DNA of 64,000 nucleotides from Chrysomallon squamiferum (Eukaryota > Animalia > Mollusca): NCBI GenBank assembly GCA_012295275.1, contig CM022678.1, positions 992,001-1,056,000 on the forward strand, in the 5' to 3' direction. The notes under the pieces were generated by a model. That model saw only the letters and a list, made by a program, of their open reading frames with translations. It did not search any database and was not told where the DNA came from. Below are positions 29,364-42,842 of the stretch, piece after piece (the first letter of the stretch is position 1; each line of letters begins with the position of its first letter). Position numbers and translations under genes: made by a program.

Positions 29364-30279
29364 TATTTCGCAGCCAGCATGAACTTTATCATTAATTATT
29401 GATATACAGAATACGACATTGGACGCATACAAAAAAGCTTAACTCTCGTATTGAAATCTTTCATATTTACATTCATTTCTTTTCCTTTATTCTTTTATCT
29501 CCTTTCCTCAAATTACAATAATCTATAAATAACTTTAAATCCCTGCAGTAAAACGCACATCTCTTGTGATAATGGGGTCGATTGTTATAAGCAATCTGTT
29601 TATTACGGGTACAGTGTGTTTACCTCGTTGTCTTGACAATAAATCCAGAGGCGTCCACGAGGTGGGCAAGCCGTGGCCCAGTCTCTCCTTCATCTGAATC
29701 TTTTCTTTTCTTTTGTTATTTTTTTTCTCTTTATTTATTTATTCTTCAGTTAATTTATGTGCTAGTTTCAAATAAAATATATCATTCATGCTACAGCATG
29801 TTGTACATTCAGCACGATAGGTCAGACATTGTTTATTTAGTTTTAATTTTCTTTTCACAACTCACACTACGTTAAACAGGAATTTTATTAATTTCTTCAT
29901 CAAGGCTAACGAAGATCTTTCTCGGTGACTGCTTTGGATATGCCTATGATAGTTTTAACGTCTGTTGTTGAGTACATGTAGTGACCGTTTTAATGTACAT
30001 CTGACTTGTTTATTTTAAAATCTAACGACAGAGGAAACTGAGTATTAATGATAAATGTGTTATTCCCAAACATTTACCAAATCAGTTGATATTGTATAAT
30101 TTGTCTTTGATTTTACTGACTAATTTATAGCAATATTGTAATTTAATAAATAATTTCATTTAATGAAAACAAGAAATTTGACAATGAACCAACTTGAATC
30201 TTTCATGGCCGCTTGTCAAAACATGGTTCTAACGAGAAGATACTCCATATTAAACACTTTAAAAATAATAATAATAATA

Positions 30280-30323
<44 letters not shown>

Positions 30324-30794
30324 TACAAAAACAGAGAAATATCAAAGACAAATATCATGAACAAAATCAACTAATGAACATAACTGTAATAAGGAATAGC
30401 CATTTTAGCCATTTTAAATTACAGCTCAGTATTAGATTATAATTAAATCAAATCAGTATATAGAAATTAACGTTATTTTATTAACACTGAACATATTTTT
30501 ATCATACTAATTCTATATTTTGTGCAGCTTCCCGAATAGACTGAATTACATCAGCATTGATATTTGACGAAATCAATTAATTTAAATTTGTATTTTCAAA
30601 TAATTCCGTAGACATTTTATTCTTCCATTGACTATTTTTTAAAACAACTGAACAAAGTAGATATTATTATTTTTACAAATTGCTCATTCGTCAACAACTT
30701 AACTTATACTTCGACCCCGATTCCCTTATTGGCGCCATTTTTCTTTCTTCTTCTTCTTATCATCATTATTCTATATGCAAAGATATAATTCGAT

Positions 30795-30826
<32 letters not shown>

Positions 30827-31478
30827 TATAACAACAACAACAATAATAATAACAACAACAACCACAATACTGAACTGTAGTTTGACATTAAAGTTTGAAA
30901 TGTGATCCAGTTTCACAGACAAAACAAGGCAGTATTAGTCATATTTTCTAACAGTGAGTGTAACTACAAAGGGTCCAAATTCTTGTTAACAGCTCAACCG
31001 TGAACATGGTTAACGTGCGATCTCTACATGTGCTACGTACAGTACAAATATAATAATAAGAAAAAGAAAAAGACATTTTCCTATCTCTAACAATGAGCAT
31101 AAATACACAGGTTTCAAATTCTCATTGTTTACAACTCAACCGTGAACTCGATGAAAGGGAGATCTGTGTAGCTATACATAAACTATGTATATAATCTATA
31201 TAATCTATACATACTCACAGTATAAAAAAAATAAAAAATAAAAACATAATAATAAAAATTAGAAGTATTAATAATAAGAAGAAAAAGAAGAACTACAACA
31301 ACAATAAGTGCAGTGATTATGATATTAAGAAATATAACAATGCTAATAATAATAGTGTGAGTGAAATAAAATAATGAGTTTCTTGAAGCTAAATGCAGGT
31401 GAAAAGTTACATACATACATACATACATACATGTCCATAAAATGTTAACTTTTCCTCTGTAACATTTAACACAAGATC

Positions 31479-31516
<38 letters not shown>

Positions 31517-31544
31517 TAATAATATTATTATTATTTACTGTTAC

Positions 31545-31589
<45 letters not shown>

Positions 31590-31607
31590 TATTATCATCA
31601 TCATCAT

Positions 31608-31640
<33 letters not shown>

Positions 31641-31816
31641 CGTTTGATTAAATTATTCTTTTATTTTTAATAAAATGATCAAAGACGACCCCAAATATGC
31701 AAATCGATCAAAATATATATAAAACATCTACATATAAATATATGTAGTTATCTGTCATACATGCAGTTGAAAAACAAATGTATACCCCAGATAATAACAA
31801 CAATAAAATTCGATAA

Positions 31817-31851
<35 letters not shown>

Positions 31852-32179
31852 AAATAGGGAATTCCTCGCACTGAGATATTTCTGAATTTTAATTATTGTT
31901 GTATATTTATATATTTGTTTATTTATTTATTTATTTTATTTTATTTTATTTTATTTTATTTTATTTTATTATTTTACATTTCTACATACAGGATGAATAA
32001 CAGTTACAGAATTAATACGCAAATCTCTCCTCGTTTAGACGATGTACGTCAAAGTAGTTCGTTCTGTAACCACGTTAGTTGTTTTTATTGGTTTTAATCA
32101 ACTTTTTACATTGTGTACATAATAATACGACCTCTGACTATGGACACTGACGACTGACAAAAAGACTGGGTAGCTGTGT

Positions 32180-32570
32180 TTATCTCAATCGGTGATCTTT
32201 TAATACAGTCACTCATGTGACATCACGTGCACAGGCGACATTGCGTGATTTCTCTTCTAGCTGACGTCAGATGTTTCGCTTCAAGTTCTAATAAAGAACT
32301 TTTAGGACCCACGCAGTTTGTTGTTATCTTTGAGGTCGCAGTTCAGATCAACCATGTATTTAACTCAATCGGGATCTTTCAATACTGTCACTCATGTGAC
32401 ACCACGTGCACAGCCGACATTGCGTGATTTCTATTCTCTAACAATGAGCGTAAATGATTTATCTTCTAGCTGACGTCAGATGTTTGGCTTCAAGTTTTAG
32501 TAAAGAACTTTTAGGACCCACGCAGTTTGTTGTTATCTTTGAGGTCGCAGTTCAGGTCAACCATGTATTT
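32180..32570. repeat. About 180-210 bp tandem duplication containing CACGTG and TGACGTCA palindromes
   Basis: cttctagctgacgtcagatgttt..gaacttttaggacccacgcagtttg occurs twice (about 32254 and 32463); a partial third copy lies at 26400-26490. Confidence 0.8.
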
Positions 32571-33414
32571 GAGTACGGCTAGATCATTACGACTTTTACA
32601 GACTTGTTGAAACTGGTTTGCATGCAGGGTAAGAAAGAGACGGAAAGAGTGTGGGGGGTGGAAGGTACCAACTACGTGTACCAAACTGTAATATCGTGCT
32701 TCACAAAGTTCCCCAGAATATCGAATTAATAACTTAAATTAACTTACTTTTCTCATTTTTAAGAACTGATTAAGTAATTAAGTAAGTAATGAGAAATTTT
32801 ATTTTAAAACCATTCGTATTATCATTCATTTCTCTATATTTTTTATCTTCTTCTTTCTCCTTTTGTTTCTCTCATATTACAATTATCTGTAAATAACTTT
32901 AAATCAAAGGCAAATATCTAATTTCGGGTTTCATTCTTGTTGTCTTGATAAAATAAACTGAAGAGCATCCATGGAGACCTAACATCATTCTGGACCTTGA
33001 CCTTCATTCTTTTTATATTGTTATTTTTCTCTTTTTCATTTCATTCTAACTAGCTGTCAATAGAGCTATCTACTATGTGTATCTCTGTGTGTGTCTGTGG
33101 CTGAGTGTGTGTGCATGTGTGTGTGTGTGTGTGTGTGTGTTATGCATGTGTCTGTGGGTGAGTGGGTGTTATTGGATGTCGACCTAAACGTCTGTTTTCT
33201 ACGTGTATATTGTCTGCAGTTCTTATACATGTGTATACGTATGTTTACGATTGTACATGTATGTGCGTTTGTGCACACATGTTTGCGAAAACTCTATTTT
33301 AGAAAATGAACATCGTCAACAGTAAAACAACAAAGAAAAAAATAAATATATAACAGAGTGAAAATTAATCAATAAACAGTTAACAACCAGCAGAATATTT
33401 ATACACAATAAAAA

Positions 33415-33460
<46 letters not shown>

Positions 33461-34203
33461 TGCCACTATTTATTTCAAAACAGTAGTAGACGCAGTAAAC
33501 AGTTTTCTACGTGACTACATAAGAGCGGACGCACTTACACTTATAATTAATTTTCTGAAAAGAAATATGATTTATTATAAATATAATATTGCCTGCTGAA
33601 TCATAAGTCATACATAGACCATATTCTCAGAGACTGATCGTAGATTGATAATCAGAGGTATAGGATGGAAGGTTTCTACAGTGGAATTATTTTTGAATTT
33701 AATTTCCTAAACCTTTCGAGAATTTCAGTTAATAAACAGTTTGTTTATCGCAGCCGGCGCCATTTTGGATTATACTAATTCCCCGAAATAAAACAAAGGA
33801 AAGTTATCGCACATAAAGGAGAAGAAGAAGAATGTAAAGAATTCAAACCATTATATATTTATCCGGATAAAAAAGAATGTATATAACCAGTTTTTTAAAG
33901 CATTTTATTTTCTGATACATAACTTAACAACATGCCGGGGTTTTAAATTAGGCGGATCTGTTCAACAATGTAAAATATAAACCGGGTTACGACCTGGACC
34001 GGAAATCGTGGTCAACAGGTGAACACTTCCGATTAGAACATAGTAACATATCAGCGTCCGTGCGGATGTAGATACTGGCAAATAAAATTTAATCTTGGCG
34101 CAGTAACTGTCTATTTTAGATAACTGTACAAAAAGAAAACCTCAACAAATTATGTTCCTCTCTTTATTCGAACAAAATTACTGTTGACGATGTTCTCCAT
34201 TTT

Positions 34204-34403
34204 NNNNNNNNNNNNNNNNNNNNNNNNNNNNNNNNNNNNNNNNNNNNNNNNNNNNNNNNNNNNNNNNNNNNNNNNNNNNNNNNNNNNNNNNNNNNNNNNN
34301 NNNNNNNNNNNNNNNNNNNNNNNNNNNNNNNNNNNNNNNNNNNNNNNNNNNNNNNNNNNNNNNNNNNNNNNNNNNNNNNNNNNNNNNNNNNNNNNNNNNN
34401 NNN
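34204..34403. other. Assembly gap (200 N)
   Basis: Run of exactly 200 N, typical of a fixed-size scaffolding join. Confidence 0.99.
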
Positions 34404-34979
34404 TTTAGTTTTCTAACATTGCGAATGCCGGCTCACAATAATAACTTTTACTGCCGCCATATCGGTCGTGCTGAATGACGTCTACATCTCCCATTCACCT
34501 CCATACATGATGCAGACCATCTGCAAACTGAACACAAAACCTGGATTCCTCTGTGAATAATGTCTGATTCAGTGTTGGTTTATTCTGGCCCATCTCAAAC
34601 GTTCCTGAACGTGACGCGCTGTCAGGGGAACGGCTACAACAGGGCGACCTGCTTGTAATCCAGCAGCGTGGAGATGGCTACAGACAGTTTCAGCATGAAT
34701 TCTAGTGCCTGTGGTTTGCTGCAAAGTATGAGCCAAACATGGAGCATTTTTGAACTGTGACATAGATATGACAAGACTGAATACCTGTCTTTCCTTGGAG
34801 TAGTTAATCGTGGTCTACCAGAACGAGGTTGATTTAGCATTTGCCCAGATTAGTGTATGTGTTGTCGGAGTTGCGATGTGGTACTGTCATGAACACGAAA
34901 GTACTGACAGACATCGTGTCCATTTTGACCGGCATTAAGCCGTCCTATTGCTTCATGATTTGCCGTTAAGCCTGGACAT
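34404..34979 (-). mobile_element. Tc1/mariner transposase pseudogene (N-terminal HTH region and start of the DDE domain)
   Basis: Frameshifted peptides MSRL..AIGRLNAG, QPRSGRPRLTTPRKDR, TGTRIHAETV..HLHAAGL.A.RP, PLTARHVQERLRWAR and LFTEESRFC. Confidence 0.85.
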
Positions 34980-35280
34980 TAGAAGTGATCTTTTTGAAAT
35001 AAGTAAAACGGCAGCTAAACACACTGAACCTTTTTTCAATAATTTAATATTAGTCCAGTGATAAGAATGTTTTAGCTTCATCCTTGCAGAATGGTTCATG
35101 ATTGATTGTAGTAAGTTAGGAAATTTAACAAAATATTCAGTGTCTCAGGAAAAAGCCAGAATGTTTTTTTTTTTTCTTACTCTTGGCTTATTTCTTTCCA
35201 TCCATTTAGTGTCTTTCGAGTGTTTTTCTTTATTGCCATAAGGGTTTTCCTGGGATTATTCTAAGTATTATTACTATTAC

Positions 35281-35334
<54 letters not shown>

Positions 35335-35779
35335 GATTATTATTATTATTACTATTATTATTATTGTTGTTGTTGTTGCTGGTGTTATTTTATATAATTA
35401 CTGTTATTAATGTTATTACTGTTGTTTTTATTATTATTATTGTTAGTGATATTATTAGTAGTTGTATTGTTATTATGTTGTTGTTTTGTTATTTTATTTT
35501 ATTTGTTTTATTACTGTTCTTTATGATACATCACTACAGACTGTATGACAAAATACATTCAAAAAACAAAAGAACAAAAAAAAAAACTAGAAATGTAATG
35601 CATGTCAACATGAAATCTCCTGCTAGAATCTGATTCATGTGATGATAAATGTTTAACATTTGCAACTAACTTTAGTTCACTTTTTCTTTTTTTATTGTAT
35701 ATTAATTTGTTTCATCTTTTTTCTTTTTGTGAAGATAATTCGCTATTTCTTTAACAGTCTCTTGTCTGTATATAAATAC

Positions 35780-38430
35780 GTTTGGATATTTAGTAATACA
35801 GTTATTAGTTAAAATAGCTTTTTTCTATAGCACAAACATATACCCCACAGTTACTGCTATCAATCTGTGTGGCATTTCAGAGTAATTAACAGAAGACCAC
35901 AATGGGGTTTTCCATAATATATCTTATGTTCCACCATTAAATACCTGGAAACATGAAAAATGACTTCATTGTTTTCACCTCCAAATGTATCACAGTAGTA
36001 CAGTACTCCTTTTTTAGATATATCTGTTTCAGTTATTACTCAGTGAGTGTTTCTTTCATTCAAAGGAACAACAACGTATTCATAATCAAACCATCTTTTA
36101 CATTTACTTTCTCCTACGCGAAATGTCCATCTGGGTTGGTCACTATCACCGTTCACAAATACCTTCTGACCAAACCAACCACAATCTACCATGTGAATAT
36201 GTTGATTCTTCAGTTGTTTTTGTAGTACAGACATGAATAAATTAATGTGGCTGCTATTCAGGCAGCTATCATGTAGAAGAATGTGGTTTATGACATCTGC
36301 ATTTACAGTTATACCATCAATTTCAGTGCTAACAAAATATACCAATGTTTGCATCGCTGTTGTATTCTAATCAATGAAGCGCTGTCTGTGTCTCTCACTC
36401 CATTTTTTCGTATTAAAATGTAATATCTCTGATGATACACTGTTTATTATACTCTTGTCAAATAATAACAATGATCTGCATATTTGTAAATCTATTACGT
36501 TTATGTCATTTACAGGTTTCATTTCACAATTCTTAATTTCCAAACTATCAACTTCACAACAAACATGAATCCACTGTCCATTCTTTTCTGCAACAGATAA
36601 ATTAAGCCTATACGATGGTCCATCAAGTTCTGGCAGTCTTCACGTCATGTAATGTTATTTGGTTCGTTTCTTGTTTGTCTAACACTTCTACAGTCTGATA
36701 CAGTAACAGTTGAAGTCTTAAGTTTGTAAACACAAGAACAGTGTTTTTATAACATGTTCACTCTTTCTCTGAAAACTACTGAAATTTGACTCAAACCCAG
36801 GTCCTGTTTACTGTTGTTATTTGCTTTCATGATAGGTTTACTGACTTCACTCAAACCCAGGTACTGTTAACTGTTGTTATTTGTTTTGATGATATGTTTA
36901 GTGACTTCACTCAAACCAGCTCCTGTTCACTTCTGTTATTTGCTTTCATGATATGTTTAGTGACTTCACTCAAACCCAGGTCCTGTTCACTGTTGTTATT
37001 TGCTTTCATGATACATTTAGTGACTTCACTCAAACCCAGGTACTGTTCACTGTTGTTATTTCCTTTCATGATACGTCTAGTGACTTCACTCAAACCCAGG
37101 TACTGTTAACTCTTGTTATTTGCTTTCATGATATGTTTGCTGACTTCACTCAAACCCATGTACTGTTCACTGCTGTTATTTGCTTTCATGATATGTTTAA
37201 TTACTTCACTCAAACCTAGGTACTGTTAACTGATATGTCACGTTTTATACCTTTGAAACCACTGCTGAGGCACCAAGCATTAATAACAGATTGAGTAAAT
37301 AATGGCAGATGTTTGTCTACTCTATGACAGAATAACATATAGCATGTATTATTAAAATTGTCAGTTGAAAAAGACAGATAATGATCATCACATGAAACAA
37401 ACTGACCACAATGTTCAATGATGCGGTATATTGACCTTGGTGACAGAAATCACCAGGGTTTCAAACTCTTCAGCTGATATTTAGTTTCTGCTTTTTCTGC
37501 ATTTTTTCTCTGATCATTACTTTTTATGAACAAATTGGGAGGAACTTGAACGTAATTTGAATTTTTTCTGATATATTCACTCATCAAATAAAAATAAGAG
37601 TTGAAGGGAAAGAAACTAAAAGTTATTTAATAAATATTGATTATGTGAGCATAGGCAGGTATTTTCTACTGTCTTTGATTTATGAAAATTATCAAATAAC
37701 TGTTGTACAGAACTGTAACCCATTGCATCAAGCTGGCACGTATGAAATGTGCATACTTATTTCCCCGGATCTTCACTGTAAACAAATATACTTACGTTAT
37801 ACAATGATATTACCTTAAGCTCTTTCAGTATATTGCCAATACTTTTAATAAAAACTCCTAAGCATCTTGCTGACCATAAATATTTGATACAACTTTTGAT
37901 ACAACATTTAATACAACTTTGTGTAAAATATCATCTGATACCTCTTCGCAGTGTTTATTTTCATCTTTCAAATGTTGCGGTATTTGCAGTATACTTTCTT
38001 CTACTAATTGAACTCGTAATTTTACATAAGTATCAGAATATACAGTTACAGGTTCACATTTATTTTCATAAATAATTAACCATGCAATTCACTTGCTACT
38101 AGGGCTTGCATCACTGCTTTAAGACAGCAGTCTGCTGAAAAGTACCTTGTTTCTTAAAATTATCAGGTTGCAGTTTGGATTTGGCCCGCATTTCTAATAT
38201 TGTTATATTTATTTTTTCACCAATTGGCTTCTTTATCTTCCTTAAATATTTTTTTCACTTTCATACAATCTACCGCTGCCAATTTTTGCACTGAAACGGT
38301 TTGGTTTTGCAATTTTTCTGAATAATCATCCAGTCTTTGTTGGGTTCTGCCTTGCAGTCCAATATATTTCTGAATTCTAAACCTATTTTCAATTGTACTA
38401 GTTGTTTTCATTTGCTCATGAATAAAATTT
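35780..38430 (-). mobile_element. Decayed DNA transposon ORF with a Ulp1/C48 peptidase domain and a PHD-like segment (MuDR Rehavkus/NOF-like by inference)
   Basis: Ulp1 motifs CLNSSHINLFM, YVVVPLNERNTH* and QIDSSNCGVYVCA (about 35830-35870); PHD-like QWIHVCC near 36560; TTSTIENRFRIQK at 38217-38411; many stops and frameshifts. Confidence 0.6.
36787..37235. repeat. 60-bp minisatellite, about 7.5 copies
   Basis: acttcactcaaacc recurs at about 36844, 36904, 36963, 37023, 37083, 37143 and 37203. The minus strand reads as a 20-aa repeat SEVTKHIMKANNNSEQDLGL. Confidence 0.92.
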
Positions 38431-39162
38431 TCACTACTGCGAATTTTTGATGCCTATGTTTCTGTCTCTGATATGTTTCTCAACAATGTATATATATTCA
38501 TTATTATTTTCTTTTTTCATACAAAATGTGTAGCTTAACCGCTTTTAACTGGAAATGTAACAATTGATTATGCAGTTATATACATTGTTATAAATAAAGT
38601 TTCATGCAATTAATATGTTACATGAAAATGAAGTGTGTGGACTAAAAACAAAAAGACGGTTTTTCTTTCGACTTTGCTGTAAGGAAAAGTTAAATAATAC
38701 TGATGATTTTGATGATTATGATGATATTTATTAAAAAAAATGTATTGAGATACTTTAGTAATGATAATATTAAAATTGTCGTAAAACGACCAGTTATATT
38801 TTTTATCATTTTTATTTTTATCCACAAAATTTGTCCAAAACTTTACTTTGAACACACTCAATACTTGGGTGGACGACCGCGTTATTTTCTGTGCTAGTGT
38901 TTGTTATCAGCATTCCCACATACTGACAAAAACCAAATAATACATTTGTGATACACCAACCCTAGATATTATAAACTAAAACATACAAAGAACAGAAATA
39001 TGTCCATGTAAAAAATGCAAGAAAATGTAAGAATATAGATGAATAATTTACTTATTACCCTGTATGAAGAAATTAACCTAATAAACTTTGTTTGGTTTTT
39101 TAGTTAAATCATTCCACAATTTGTACATTAGTAGAGTTACCAGACTCGCTGGTATGTAAAAC

Positions 39163-40180
39163 TGCTACGGGGCGTCTAACGCAGTCGCATTCGACCCGTA
39201 ATTAACACAGTCGTCACGTGACCAAATTAGAACCCCGTAACAGCCGTAACACTCCTCTCCCAAATTACGACTAACTATACATACAGACCTCCCTGTATCA
39301 GGTAGATAGCTACCCGATTTGGCTCGGCAGTGACGGTATTCAGGGAACAAGGGCATATATGAATTTAAATTTAGCCAATGTTAAATCACTAGAAACACAA
39401 GAATACAAGTTTAGATTTAAAGAATAATAATAGTTATTTAGTGATTAAGCTTACAACGCTTACACGGCTGTTTACAAACAGTTTCATGCCACAAAATCAC
39501 TCTCACCACAATAGTGAACATACGGGGGATATTAAATATGTTTATCCCTCAAGGTAAAATACCAAACCCTAAGATGTATTTGAAAATGCAAATATATGAA
39601 AATAACCTACTACTTAGCAAGATGATGATATATCCCTGTTTGTACCCGCTGTTTAGAGATAATAATTACAGTTTACTGTGATTGGTCTGATCACAGATTA
39701 CAAGCCATTCTCCAACTAATGGTTATACTACTTGAAGCTCTATGTAGTCAAATAATATTTGTTAGAAAACCACATCAAACTGCCTTTCAGTTGCTCAAAC
39801 AGAGCCTTAAAAATGTATAGTTATCTGAGTCAGCTGGATCTATGTGACAGTCCATCTGAGGGTTAGCCACACGTCTGTTCTGTACGGTGTAAAAACTGAT
39901 TGCCCCGAAAAAAAGACGATCTCTGCTTTTATTACCTAGGAAAGACCACACAGAGGTTCTTTTAACACAGATGTCCCAGAGTGGTGTCGAGACTGGTTGG
40001 AACTTTAGCAGACACAGGTGCCACGGTTCCCCAAAACAACACCTCACCATAGCTTATACGAGTTTTAAGAAAAATCTAACATCTATTACATATTAAACAG
40101 GAGACTGCTTTCTCCGTCACACTTAGCTTATACAATTCTTAAGGTTACATATTAAAGAGCAGACTGCTGTCTCCCTTACA
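39163..40180. mobile_element. Possible solo LTR or non-autonomous element
   Basis: A GC-richer 1-kb island that starts TGCTACGG and ends CCGTCACA (40121) or CCTTACA (40180), giving imperfect TG..CA inverted termini; no clean target-site duplication. Confidence 0.3.
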
Positions 40181-40493
40181 AACACTATGTCACTAGTGGA
40201 TGTCAAAGGAGTCACAAGAACTCGTACAATGCATTACGCCATTGTAGTGAGATTTTCTTGAATACAGGAAATATTGCTCATCTAATAAAGAAACCAAAAG
40301 TAATTGCATTTTATCAAACATATTTATTATGTTAATTGTTAATAGCATTACAATAAATTCCGTATTAATAATTACCATTACAATGAGATAATACAAAAAT
40401 CTAAAAGACATTAGTAAAACAGTAAACTCTAAATTAATATATTTCAGTAAAATTCAGATTTAATATTTACTCATTTAACTAAATTATATTGGT

Positions 40494-40545
<52 letters not shown>

Positions 40546-41439
40546 CACGCACAGACACACAGACACACACAAACATATTAATAACAATTATTATATTTCT
40601 CATTTAGTATTCAAAATAAGGTTTTCTTTTATGGATACTTTCACTTTTGTTACATTTCTATTTGTCATATAACAAAGAAAGGTCATGTCCTGTATCTAGA
40701 ATACAATAATGGATTCATCTTCCCACTTGTTGCACAATCAGCTTAGGAAATAATTAAGCAATTGATCCCTATTACGATTTACCAGAAGTCAAAACAAAAA
40801 AACAGCAAAGTTTAAACAAAGCAGTTTAATTACTGGTGATATTGGAACGTTAGTTATTTCCCACGTCGATACTCCCAATAAAAACAATAGCTTAATACAA
40901 CTGCACTATCACGTGACTTGCACATCCAATCAGACCAAGTATTTTGTTAATCTGATTTCCTCTTCCTAAAAGTGAAAACAAAAGCAACTTGAGGAAATGG
41001 AAGTCGTGTCTCTTATCTCTTTGTGAAAATATATAATGTTTATTAGTATTAAAGGGATTTTATTCATTTTATCAATGTAAATTATTGCTAAAGATAAGTG
41101 AGTATGCAACATCAAAATGAGAAAACGTAAAAAGAGAAATAAAAAAATAAAACTAAAAATATAAGTGGAGAAAGTGAACAGAAAATAATGGTAAGCAGTA
41201 GCCAAGGTGTTAAGGAAGTCATCATACTGAGGATGTCAAATACACAAACAATGAGCTTAAATGTTCATCTGCAACATTTTATCAGTCAACAACAATGTTA
41301 ATAAATGTAACCGTGTTTTTATCATCTATGATGATCTAGATCGGTATCACTTTGTATTTCTATAAAAGTAAGAATGATAACCTTTTCAAGGAACCTAATT
41401 TGCAAAACCCAAAACAAGATTTCCTAACAATTATATTAT

Positions 41440-41878
41440 TTTTGCATGTTATTATTCTTCTTGGAACAACTTTGTAAAAGGTATTTTAGATTATTCTGGT
41501 TTAACATATCACAACTTTGATAAGGTTAAATGATTACGTGAAACGATATCCAAAATATTACATGATCAATATCAACAATTATGGACAAATCAAATTAAAA
41601 CGTCTCCAAAGGATATTAATTACAAATTTCTTATGAATGAACTGAAATTAGAAAACTATCTGACCTTGCTGTCTCAAAACAATGCTAATATCTTATGTAA
41701 ATTTGGAACCGAATGCTAAACTTCCTATTGAAACCGGACGATGGTCTGATATTCTAATTAAAACCAGAAAATGTCATATTTGTAATCTTAACAAAATTGG
41801 AGATGAATATCACTATATATTTGAATGTAATGATCCTATATTATTAAAAGCAAGAACAGATATACCAGATAAAACAGC

Positions 41879-41880
<2 letters not shown>
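41440..41880 (+). mobile_element. 3' remnant of a non-LTR retrotransposon (LINE ORF2 C-terminal zinc-binding region)
   Basis: LHDQYQQLW, KLENYL and LPIETGRW..RKCHICNLNKIGDEYHYIFEC, with frameshifts. Confidence 0.75.
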
Positions 41881-41916
<36 letters not shown>

Positions 41917-42734
41917 CTATATGAAAATTAGGATCTTTACTTTTGTGTACTAGAAGATATTTTCCTAAGCTTTTTTCTTTCTTTCTTTCTATTATTATTA
42001 TTACTGTATATAAAGTTTTTATTATTTTTATTAATAAAATTAAAAGTACTGTAACGATTACACTAATATTATTGGAATTGACTTAATTACATCTTCAGCT
42101 GTAACTACTAGGTATGCAACAAATGGGATGTGTAACAAATAAGAGACCATCACCATTTGTCCATTTTCATCCATTAATTAAAGAAACAGTTAATCAATAA
42201 AAAATGTAAGTTGAAGATTGAACTAAAGTTAGTTGATACACAAAATAAAGATAGTAAAAATTCTATCATGCAAATTAAGATAAAAAGAATCAGTGTAATT
42301 AAAAACATATACAAGTATTTGCTATTCAAATTCAATAAGCATCTTCTAATGATTAAATACATAGAAGTAAAAATAAATAAATATATTCCCAATTAATAAT
42401 AATGATAATAATATAAATAAAAAGATAAATATATAAATATATTTTTTTTTTTTAAAAGAAAAAAGTATTTCTCTTTTTATTCAGTGTATGAAGATAAAAT
42501 AAAGGTATGAAAAATATTAATTGAATACAATAGCCAAGTATTATAAACAATATATATATCCCAAACAAAAAAATATATATATCAGTGTATTAAAAACAAT
42601 ACATAAATTGACACATTTCATACACTTTATGTAACAGTGCAATAAGCAGCAAAGGTTAGCACATTAGACAATACTTTCTGTTTTCCATCACTGAAAAACA
42701 AACAAGTAAATTAAAAGTAAATCATTATAAAGCT

Positions 42735-42842
<108 letters not shown>

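Larger units (their letters stand above)
14640..33060. repeat. Mosaic of diverged segmental duplications (at least three multi-kb units)
   Basis: A block beginning cgaagtaa..gaatcttgtcag.taacgaa occurs at about 15371, 20693 and 28872. Approximate paralogous pairs: 20480-21560 with 28680-29980, 22440-23390 with 30000-30900, and 25080-27430 with 30780-32930. Confidence 0.8.

Noticed and set aside
34184-34408. ORF spanning the N run
   Set aside because: Assembly gap artefact.
36787-37235. 60-bp array as a possible CRISPR
   Set aside because: The repeats are head-to-tail with no unique spacers; it is a minisatellite.
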